A stretch of 32,000 bases of DNA from the NCBI GenBank assembly GCA_963662715.1, contig OY759724.1, positions 390,001-422,000 of the forward strand, written 5' to 3'. Below the pieces are notes generated by a model. It saw only the letters and a list, made by a program, of their open reading frames with translations. It searched no databases and had not been told where the DNA came from. Positions within the stretch are counted from its first letter, which is position 1. Each line of letters begins with the position of its first letter. Shown in pieces: positions 24,973 through 32,000 of this stretch. Both the position numbers and the translations under genes were made by a program. The DNA comes from Candidatus Omnitrophota bacterium (GTDB lineage Bacteria; Omnitrophota; Gorgyraeia; Zapsychrales; JANLHA01).

Positions 24973-25001
24973 GAAAAACAAGCAACCTGTTAGGTTGCTT
25001 G
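24973..25001 (-). terminator. Intrinsic terminator after the dCMP deaminase gene
   Basis: Minus-strand RNA reads CAAGCAACCU-AAC-AGGUUGCUUG (10-bp stem) followed by UUUUUCUU, about 25 nt past the stop codon. Confidence 0.65.
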
Positions 25002-25025
25002 AATAAGACCCCTGATGCCCTATCA

Positions 25026-25502
25026 TTAAAGTTTAGCCGAGGAATAATTCTTTATGTCGTATCTGATATCTTTTGAAGGCATGTCGATCTTATCAATCTT
25101 GACTCCGGCTTTTGCAAAGAATTCCGTCGCCAAAGTATCATGGTAATCCGAAAAAACAACAACCCGCCTGATCCCGGCGGCAATGAGGGCTTTGGCACAT
25201 GTTGTGCAGGGCATATTCGTGACATAAGCCGTTGCCCCTTCCACCGGGTGCCCCCACTTCGCAGCCTGAGTGATCGCATTCATCTCGGCATGGTTGGTCC
25301 GCAAGCAGTGATTATCCACCACCAGACAGCCCACGTCATCGCAGTGGTCATCTCCCGGGATGGATCCGTTATAGCCTGTGGCTATCACATTTTTATTTTT
25401 TACCAGAACACAGCCGCAATGCATTCTGGGGCACGTGGCTCTTTCTGAAGCGAGCATAGCGAGTTTAAGAAAATAACTGTCCCAGTCCGGTCGTGTTCCC
25501 AC
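25026..25502 (-). CDS. dCMP deaminase (ComEB/CMP-dCMP deaminase family)
   Basis: 158 aa. Zinc motifs HAEMNAI and PCTTCAKAL. GTG start with an AAGGAG SD 6 nt upstream. Confidence 0.9.
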   Translation of the reverse strand: MGTRPDWDSYFLKLAMLASERATCPRMHCGCVLVKNKNVIATGYNGSIPGDDHCDDVGCLVVDNHCLRTNHAEMNAITQAAKWGHPVEGATAYVTNMPCTTCAKALIAAGIRRVVVFSDYHDTLATEFFAKAGVKIDKIDMPSKDIRYDIKNYSSAKL

Positions 25503-25653
25503 GTTTTTCTCCTTTTTATATATCTATTAATAATAATTATAAATATTTTTTTCCTTATAAAAGAGATCATCACACTTATCGAAAGGATCTTTTTATTCTG
25601 CCTAACATATTAACAAATTGACATATTTTTTCAAATATTAAACTTTTTTTCCC

Positions 25654-26079
25654 TTATTCCACAAGATCAACCCGGACATCGATAAGGCCTTTCTCCAAAG
25701 AGGCGATTTGAGAGAAAGCGCCCTTTGTCAAATCGATAACACGGCCCTGCCGGATATACCGCCTGGCCGGCCCCCGGTCATTGACCCGGACAACGATCCA
25801 TCTCCCGTTCTTTAAGTTCGTGACTTTAACTCTCTGGTGAAATTTAACGCCCCACAAAGCACAGGTAAAGGCCTGATCGTCAAAAACTTCATTATTAGCC
25901 GTCCGCTCATTAATACCCGGAGATTCCTTCGAGTACCAGGTCGCCTGCCCAAAAAGAGGGAAAGAAAAACGTACCGGCAGATGCTGAGAATAATACATCA
26001 GAACCGTCAACCCAATCATTAAGCCGACCCCAAAATACAGACGGGAACTCCGCTTTTGCTTTAAAACAAAATCGAACAT
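25654..26079 (-). CDS. RlpA-like double-psi beta-barrel (septal lytic transglycosylase family) protein
   Basis: 141 aa. N-terminal TM or signal anchor and the DPBB core (GQATWY......TANNE.FD......A........V.V.N..NGR...VRVNDRGP). Confidence 0.75.
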   Translation of the reverse strand: MFDFVLKQKRSSRLYFGVGLMIGLTVLMYYSQHLPVRFSFPLFGQATWYSKESPGINERTANNEVFDDQAFTCALWGVKFHQRVKVTNLKNGRWIVVRVNDRGPARRYIRQGRVIDLTKGAFSQIASLEKGLIDVRVDLVE

Positions 26080-26103
26080 GATCTGACTATGATTATTAAA
26101 GAG

Positions 26104-27273
26104 TCACTTTGCGTCCCGGACCCTTTTGAGAATTCTTTCCATCCCTATTTGAGACTTCTGCTCCGTAGGCAGGAAACTGACGATCATATAAGGTTCTTCA
26201 GCCAAATCAAAAAAGTAGCCGGGATGGACAAAAACATCATCCTCTTCCAGCAACATCAACACCCAGTCCTCTTCGTTCATCCCTGAAGGCAAACGGATAA
26301 TCCCGTACCAGCCCCCTTCGACAGACAACATCGGCAGCCCGTTCCCTGATTGAGCCGCCCATAAAGCATGGTTATTCTTTATGCGCTCCATGATCTGTGA
26401 CTGAAGCCGGCTCTTTAGGGCCAGCCAATCTCCCAACGCATTCTGTACAGGTGTCCCCACGGACAGATAAGTGTCGGAGATGATTTCAAGCCGTTTTCTC
26501 GATTCTTCAACTAAACGGGGCGGGCCGTTAAGGATAATCCAGGACAGTTTCATTTGGGGAAGGCCCAGTTCCTTGGAAAGGCCTCCCAAGACATAAGTCA
26601 TACAGTCCTGATTATTAACGAGACTTTGTCGGAATTCCTCCTGAAGACCATAATCCCAGAAAACTTCATCACAAATGAGAGCGAGTCCGGAATCCCGGCA
26701 CACTCTGTTCAGGGCTTCCGTCTCCGGGGCCTTGATATAATGACCAGTTGGATTGTTCGGATTAACGCAAGCGACCGCCTTTGTCGAAGGGGTGAGCTGG
26801 GCTTTCAGGCTGTCAAAATCCATCTTCCAGCCCTGCCCTTCGTATCGCAGATCATAGGCTCCCATCCGGACGTCAAGAATATCAACGAGAAAATGGAATA
26901 AAGGATAACTCGGGCGCGGGAAAACAACCATTTCTCCGGGATTCGCAATCAGCCGGAACACGTAAGAATACGCCTCGGAAGTTGACGCTGTTAAAAAAAT
27001 ATTCTCCGGGCTCACCCGGAAACCTTTCCGGGCATAGGCCTCACAGAGCACCTCCCGGGCCTTTAACAGCCCCTGAGGAGAAGGCTGGTACGATAAATTC
27101 TCTGAATGGCTCAAGGCCTTTAAAATGTCCTCCTCCGGGAGCACAAACCCGCATCTCGTCGGATTTGATTCCGTCAAATCAATGATATCATGCCCCTGCC
27201 GCCGTTTTTTTTCTAAAGACACCGATATTTTATTCGGGTCTAACGTCCAGTTGGTCCGGTTGGCAAACATCAA
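26104..27273 (-). CDS. PLP-dependent aminotransferase, class I/II
   Basis: 389 aa. Fold-type I pattern (NPNNPTG, DEVF.DY) with the PLP lysine in GGLSKELGLP. Confidence 0.85.
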   Translation of the reverse strand: MMFANRTNWTLDPNKISVSLEKKRRQGHDIIDLTESNPTRCGFVLPEEDILKALSHSENLSYQPSPQGLLKAREVLCEAYARKGFRVSPENIFLTASTSEAYSYVFRLIANPGEMVVFPRPSYPLFHFLVDILDVRMGAYDLRYEGQGWKMDFDSLKAQLTPSTKAVACVNPNNPTGHYIKAPETEALNRVCRDSGLALICDEVFWDYGLQEEFRQSLVNNQDCMTYVLGGLSKELGLPQMKLSWIILNGPPRLVEESRKRLEIISDTYLSVGTPVQNALGDWLALKSRLQSQIMERIKNNHALWAAQSGNGLPMLSVEGGWYGIIRLPSGMNEEDWVLMLLEEDDVFVHPGYFFDLAEEPYMIVSFLPTEQKSQIGMERILKRVRDAK

Positions 27274-27286
27274 CGTCCCTCTGCTT

Positions 27287-27973
27287 TCATGTCTCCGGCC
27301 GATATTTTTTCAACTCCGCCTCTAAAGATTCATAATCTTTCTTCAGCTTTGTAAATTCACTTTTGGCCACCCAGGTCTCCTCATTATGTTTCTTGGTTAA
27401 TTTCTGGGCCTCTGCTCTCAGAGCCGTTATCTCACTCCGGTAAGCGTCTATATGGGCCTTATGTTTTATAATCTGATTCTCCAGATCTTTGATCTGCGTC
27501 TGGGCTGACGATAAAGAAGCGTTCAATTCCTTTTGCTGACGCTCCAGCCTCAAACGGTCCGCATGTTCCTGCGCGAGGTGTTGTTCCGCTTTTTTAAAAT
27601 CTTCTCTCAAGCGGATGACTTCCCGGCCTTTCTTATCCACATCACTCCGTTCTTTTTTTTGCCATCCCCGCTCCTGATCAATTTTATTCTGCAATTTCGC
27701 ATATTTCTCTTTCTGAACCACCAAATCACGCTCCAGCAACTTCTGCTCTTTTTGCGTTTCCGCCATCTGACGCTTCAAGGACCTGATCACTCGTTCAAGC
27801 TTCAAGCTCACGGCCTGCCAGTCTTTGACCTCTTTCTCCCGGACTTTATACGGGAATCTTTTTCTCCTCTGGCTTCGAGGCGTTGTCGGGATCAGCACAA
27901 GAAAGGCCAGCAGAAGGAAAACCAGTCCCAATCCGACAATAACGATCTGCTCCATATTTAAAGACATAAACAC
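27287..27973 (-). CDS. Membrane-anchored coiled-coil protein
   Basis: 228 aa. One N-terminal TM helix, then about 180 aa of heptad-rich Lys/Glu/Gln sequence. No family recognised. Confidence 0.55.
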   Translation of the reverse strand: MFMSLNMEQIVIVGLGLVFLLLAFLVLIPTTPRSQRRKRFPYKVREKEVKDWQAVSLKLERVIRSLKRQMAETQKEQKLLERDLVVQKEKYAKLQNKIDQERGWQKKERSDVDKKGREVIRLREDFKKAEQHLAQEHADRLRLERQQKELNASLSSAQTQIKDLENQIIKHKAHIDAYRSEITALRAEAQKLTKKHNEETWVAKSEFTKLKKDYESLEAELKKYRPET

Positions 27974-28013
27974 CTCATTAAAATTCTGGAATCACGCTGC
28001 TAAAAATTTATCT

Positions 28014-29885
28014 TCAAGGACCTCTCTGCCGGAGCCCCTGGGAAAAAATATCCCAATTCTTCCGTGCCGGCGGGAAATCAGGAGCAATCGAGAGGACCTC
28101 CTGCAGTAACATCCCCCCCTGCTGTTCTTTTCCCTGCATAATATAGCATAAAGCCAGATTGCTCTTTGCCATTAAATCCTGGGGATTCGCCTGAACGGCT
28201 AAAATAAACATATTTTCCGCCGCAGGCAAATCACTCTTCCTCAAAAAAACGGTTCCTAAATTATTTAAAATCATACTATCATTCGGATCAATTTTCAAGG
28301 CAGCCTGATAATAACGGACCGTATAGGCTAAATGCCCTGTTTTGTCGTAACACTGCGCCAAATTAAAATAGGCCTCTTTCATAAAAAGAAGGTAGAGCCG
28401 CCGGGGCTCTTCCTCTTTCACTCTTTTAACATACGCCGCCAGGATCCCCAACGCCTGCTCAAACTGCCCTGCGGCAGCGCTTATCTGCCCATCCATAAAG
28501 TAAGCTTTCCCTAAAAGAATACGAAGCCTCGCCAGGTTCTTTTCGTATTTCACGGCCCTCTCGAAAAGGGGAACTTCAGCGCGCCAATAGCGGTTCTGCC
28601 CCAAGGTCATAACCGCCAAAAATAAAATCAATACGGCAGGGATCAGGCAACGAAAAGACGGCGTCCGGCTAAACCAGCGGCGACCTTGCGAAACATGAAA
28701 GACCACGACAAACAGGGAGAGGAAAAATCCGGTCATGGGCCAATACAAGAAATGCTCAAACAGGGCGATAAATGAATACTCGTGAATAAGCGGCAGGAAA
28801 TTCAACATGGGGGCCAACGTGATGCCGAACCAGAGGCATCCCCATATATACAGAGATCTCAATGACGCAGGCAGTTTTTTCCCCAGGAAAAGAACAGCGG
28901 CCATGCACAACAGCAGGAGGGCCACGGCCCCTTTTTGCGGATCTAAAATGTCCAGACTTCGGTAATAATGCAAATCCCAAGGGAACACTAAGATCCTCAT
29001 ATAAATCAGCAGAGTTCTCGGGATCGCTTTGATTCTCAGGAACATCTCGTGATCATATACCCAAAAAGCCTGTATCATCTGTCCCAGCACGATCTTCCGA
29101 AAAAGAAAGTATGCGGCCATAATTAAAAATAAGGATCCGATAAAAATATACGGAGACCGCCGAGATTTCTTTTCTCTTGAAGGAACGGTTGACTCATACG
29201 CCAGAAGCAACAAGGGGAAAACCACGGCCTGCTCTTTCGTAAAAAGGGCCAGGAGATAAGAACAGGCTGACAAGACATACCACATCACGGGCCATAGTGT
29301 TCCGGTCGCCCGGCCGGATGCCGCCCGCAGATACAGGATAAAGGACGAACTGCACAAAAACACGAGTAATATATTTGAGATACCTGACACACACGCAACG
29401 GATTCTGACTGGACGGGGTGAATGAGAAAAATAACCGCCAGCAGCCAAGCAGCGATCAGCCCTGGAGAACATCCAGGGAAAGGCCCCCGGGGGCAGACTC
29501 CGTTCTCTCCGGCCTTGCCCGCCCGTAATTCAGGGAATTGATAGAAAATCCGTTTAAGAAGGAACAATAGCAATAAACTATTAAAAATATGAAGAGCCAC
29601 ATTAAAAACATGATAAGCCCCGGCATGAAATTCAAAAAACCGGTACTGCACCCTGTAAAGCAGCTCCAGCAAAGGCCGGTAGTAAGGGTTAATGATCCCG
29701 TCTTGACGGGGCGTCCGGATAAAAATTCCCTGCCAATCGGAAAGCCGGGAAATCTCCGGGTTATTTTGAATAAAAACCAGGTCGTCGTGCACAAAAGGGT
29801 AGGAAAAGGTTGGAAAATAACAAAGGACCCCTAATAAAATAAGACTCGTGATGCAGAAGGCAGAAATATTCTTGTCTTGTCGCAT
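28014..29885 (-). CDS. Polytopic membrane protein with C-terminal TPR repeats (TMTC / GT-C glycosyltransferase-like)
   Basis: 623 aa. About 10 or more TM helices with an early FVHDD loop motif like PMT/TMTC-type GT-C enzymes. The C-terminal roughly 170 aa are TPR units. Confidence 0.6.
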   Translation of the reverse strand: MRQDKNISAFCITSLILLGVLCYFPTFSYPFVHDDLVFIQNNPEISRLSDWQGIFIRTPRQDGIINPYYRPLLELLYRVQYRFFEFHAGAYHVFNVALHIFNSLLLLFLLKRIFYQFPELRAGKAGENGVCPRGPFPGCSPGLIAAWLLAVIFLIHPVQSESVACVSGISNILLVFLCSSSFILYLRAASGRATGTLWPVMWYVLSACSYLLALFTKEQAVVFPLLLLAYESTVPSREKKSRRSPYIFIGSLFLIMAAYFLFRKIVLGQMIQAFWVYDHEMFLRIKAIPRTLLIYMRILVFPWDLHYYRSLDILDPQKGAVALLLLCMAAVLFLGKKLPASLRSLYIWGCLWFGITLAPMLNFLPLIHEYSFIALFEHFLYWPMTGFFLSLFVVVFHVSQGRRWFSRTPSFRCLIPAVLILFLAVMTLGQNRYWRAEVPLFERAVKYEKNLARLRILLGKAYFMDGQISAAAGQFEQALGILAAYVKRVKEEEPRRLYLLFMKEAYFNLAQCYDKTGHLAYTVRYYQAALKIDPNDSMILNNLGTVFLRKSDLPAAENMFILAVQANPQDLMAKSNLALCYIMQGKEQQGGMLLQEVLSIAPDFPPARKNWDIFSQGLRQRGP

Positions 29886-30025
29886 GATTCTAGAAAAGCA
29901 TATGACTCCAGGGGGAGTTCGCCGCTGAAAGAAAAAGAGGACATGAAACTGTTAAGTATTATTAAAGCACCCTTGTTGGGCCCGGCCTCCCCGGGAAGCG
30001 TGCGGAGGGAGAAAGGCTTGTCATA

Positions 30026-31030
30026 TTAATCATCCTGCGGGAACAGGGCATTCGTTATCCCCTGTCGAATACCTATTTCCTGCCTTTCCTTTAACTTAAA
30101 ACCGCTCCCTTCTTCCCGCAAGCTATATTCCAGGTTGAGACGGTACGCACCGGAATTCTGCAATCTCATCTTAGCCTGATCAACCGCCAAACTGCCGTCA
30201 GAAGACAGGATGGCTTTTAAATGTCCTTTGGATCCCTCATTCCCTTTAAACCCAAGGATGGTCTTAACCAACCCGGAACCAATGATCCCGCCCCGATTAA
30301 ACTGCATATTCAGGGCCAGAAGGTTCACCTGCTGAGACCCCCAAATAAGGCGCATCGCTCCGCTTAGATCTCCATTCAACTGGGAAAAGAGTGGCTGATT
30401 GACTTCCGTCAACAAGTGCGGTTTAAAATTCTGCCCTTCCAACCAGAAAATATAATTTATCTCCGGTTTGAAATCCATAATGACCTGCCCTCTCATAAGT
30501 CCGCCATAAGCATCCGCAACCAGATCCGTCAACTGAATACGATGCCGGGTCCCATGGATCTGGCCTTCAAAATTCTGAACACGGAACGAACTGAACGCGG
30601 CCTCATATCCGGCAAAAATACCGCTGAGCTGCGTAAAATGAGGACCCTGGAAAAAAAGGAGTGCTTTAAGATTAAGGTTGTTGATTTCCAGCTGATCATA
30701 CGTCAGCTTCAGGCCTTTAACCATCAACTTAATATTTTCTCTCTTTTTTAAATAAGTCAGGAAATCATACAGTGTCAGCTCTTTAATCGTCAACTGCTTG
30801 GTTGCTTCATACTCCCCCATCGTAATGGTCACATCCTTCAAGACAAAAGTCTCCGGGTACTTAAACTGCTGACTCTCCACTTTGAAAGAAACGAGATCGA
30901 CATTCGGATAATTCTTTTCAATAAATTTCGGACCCAAAGTATTGAAGAACCAAGTTGAATGAAGCAGGAAAAGAAAGGTCCCTCCGAAGAAGGCAAAAAG
31001 AATAATTATGGGGATAACGTGTCGTCGCAT
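30026..31030 (-). CDS. Membrane-anchored hypothetical protein, weakly AsmA-like
   Basis: 334 aa. N-terminal TM helix and beta-rich repeats. The segment LTDLVADAYGGLMRGQVIMDF resembles the AsmA-family a.lyGG...G motif. The functional call is tentative. Confidence 0.4.
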   Translation of the reverse strand: MRRHVIPIIILFAFFGGTFLFLLHSTWFFNTLGPKFIEKNYPNVDLVSFKVESQQFKYPETFVLKDVTITMGEYEATKQLTIKELTLYDFLTYLKKRENIKLMVKGLKLTYDQLEINNLNLKALLFFQGPHFTQLSGIFAGYEAAFSSFRVQNFEGQIHGTRHRIQLTDLVADAYGGLMRGQVIMDFKPEINYIFWLEGQNFKPHLLTEVNQPLFSQLNGDLSGAMRLIWGSQQVNLLALNMQFNRGGIIGSGLVKTILGFKGNEGSKGHLKAILSSDGSLAVDQAKMRLQNSGAYRLNLEYSLREEGSGFKLKERQEIGIRQGITNALFPQDD

Positions 31031-31048
31031 GGCTTAAAAATTTTCAAG

Positions 31049-31396
31049 CTACTGTTTTTTTAACTCTTCGATACAACCCTGCAGATCCTGGAACTGCTGA
31101 TCCAGCAAAGTCAGCAGTTCTGCGACCCCTTCCAGGATATTGTTTTCGGCTTTTTTCTCTATCTCCATACAGGTCGCAAACATTTGCGTTGCTGAAATAT
31201 TTCCGGCGGCGCCCTTTAAAGAATGGGCAATATCCCGCATTTGCTCAAAATTCTTCTCTGTCATATATTGAGAGAATAACTTCCGCTTCACCGAGTAATC
31301 GTTCTGGAAAATATCCAACAATTCCATAAGTAGTTCACGGTCATCCTGTACCCGCTCCATGACATCATCCATATCGATAATCTCTTTTTTCATCAT
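31049..31396 (-). CDS. Histidine phosphotransfer (Hpt) protein
   Basis: 115 aa four-helix-bundle type with the canonical AHSLKGAAGNISA phospho-histidine motif. Confidence 0.85.
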   Translation of the reverse strand: MMKKEIIDMDDVMERVQDDRELLMELLDIFQNDYSVKRKLFSQYMTEKNFEQMRDIAHSLKGAAGNISATQMFATCMEIEKKAENNILEGVAELLTLLDQQFQDLQGCIEELKKQ

Positions 31397-31420
31397 CCCT
31401 TCCTTTGCTATAGGTATAAA

Positions 31421-32000
31421 TTAAAAAAAATTTTCTATCGCCTCAAACAACTTTACCCTGTCTATCGGTTTAGTGACATAACCGTCCATACCTATGTTTA
31501 AACACCGTTTCCGGTCTCCGCTCATGGCCCTTGCTGTTAAGGCGATAATAGGAATATGTTGGCCTGTTTTCTGTTCTTTTTCCCGGATCAGCTGAGTCGC
31601 TTCATAGCCATCCATCACCGGCATTTGAGCATCCATCAGTATAACATCAAATGCCTCTCTATCCAAACACTCTAAAACTTGTTTTCCGTTCTCAACAGCC
31701 TGCACAACCCAGCCTCTTTTTTCCAGCATTCTTACAGCTATTTTCTGATTAACAATATTATCTTCGGCTAAAAGCACACGTAAATGCTCGATATCTTTTT
31801 TCTCATCAGCAGGAGACTCGGGAGTTACTTCCGGGGGAGATTCCGGTACGACATCCGGGACATGACCTTTCACAAACTTGCCGGTAAAATAAAATGTGCT
31901 CCCTTTATACTCCTCACTCTCGACCCAAATCCGTCCCCCCATCAATTCGACAAGTTTAAATGAAATGGCCAACCCCAGACCGGTCCCGCCGAACTTTCTT
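31421..32000 (-). CDS. Hybrid sensor histidine kinase, C-terminal part (HATPase_c end plus receiver); truncated by the window edge
   Basis: The frame stays open to position 32000 and reads ..RKFGGTGLGLAISFKLVELMGGRIWVESE (G2 box). A Pro/Glu linker follows, then a receiver domain (LLAEDN, ILMDAQMPVMDG, ALTA, TKP). Confidence 0.85.
   Translation of the reverse strand, partial: RKFGGTGLGLAISFKLVELMGGRIWVESEEYKGSTFYFTGKFVKGHVPDVVPESPPEVTPESPADEKKDIEHLRVLLAEDNIVNQKIAVRMLEKRGWVVQAVENGKQVLECLDREAFDVILMDAQMPVMDGYEATQLIREKEQKTGQHIPIIALTARAMSGDRKRCLNIGMDGYVTKPIDRVKLFEAIENFF

Noticed and set aside
25503-25653. AT-rich gap with an imperfect AAAAGAGATC...GATCTTTTT hairpin and TTGAAA-16-TAATAT, considered as a terminator/promoter pair for the rlpA-like and dCMP deaminase genes
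   Set aside because: The stem is weak (A/T-rich, one G-U pair, 17-nt loop), and several alternative -10/-35 combinations exist in this AT-rich DNA. It is too ambiguous to call as a feature.
29960-29985. GC-rich hairpin CCCGG-CCTCC-CCGGG downstream of the AsmA-like gene, considered as a terminator
   Set aside because: The stem is 5 bp with no following U-tract, and the next gene starts about 90 nt later, so read-through is likely.

Overview
Gene-dense bacterial chromosomal segment of moderate GC. I call 40 protein genes and one tRNA. All but two genes (the ppiD-like and PilZ genes) lie on the minus strand, with very short or overlapping junctions, so most of the window is a few long co-directional operons. 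The left 10 kb is core housekeeping in a Firmicutes-like order: ispE, spoVG, tRNA-Gln, glmU, prs, ctc(rplY), pth, then rpsF, ssb, rpsR, rplI, dnaB. The rest mixes housekeeping genes (hisG, cutA, pgeF, rmuC, an ABC-F ATPase, a pseudouridine synthase, a TrmH methyltransferase, dCMP deaminase, an aminotransferase) with envelope and signalling genes. The latter include TPR proteins, a TlpA-like thioredoxin, an RlpA-like protein, a TMTC-like GT-C/TPR membrane protein, an AsmA-like protein, and a hybrid histidine kinase with Hpt and an orphan receiver. I find no CRISPR array, transposase, integrase, prophage or recognisable defence system, and I cannot support a new multi-gene system from the sequence alone. 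The only accessory-looking stretch is about 15.2-18.0 kb. It holds a TM1367-like cyclophilin-fold protein, a 48-aa membrane peptide, a PilZ protein with an unassigned N-terminal module, a cupin and a lipoprotein. It also has divergent near-consensus promoters and a 427-bp non-coding gap with two adjacent perfect palindromes. The items most worth follow-up are: (1) a SpoVG with a zinc ribbon inserted in its conserved loop; (2) a 33-aa bS22-like basic mini-protein missed by the ORF track; (3) a possible 45-aa paralogue of it in the accessory stretch; (4) the 18-bp palindrome plus 20-bp-stem hairpin between convergent genes. All family assignments come from motif recognition by eye and need HMM or BLAST confirmation.
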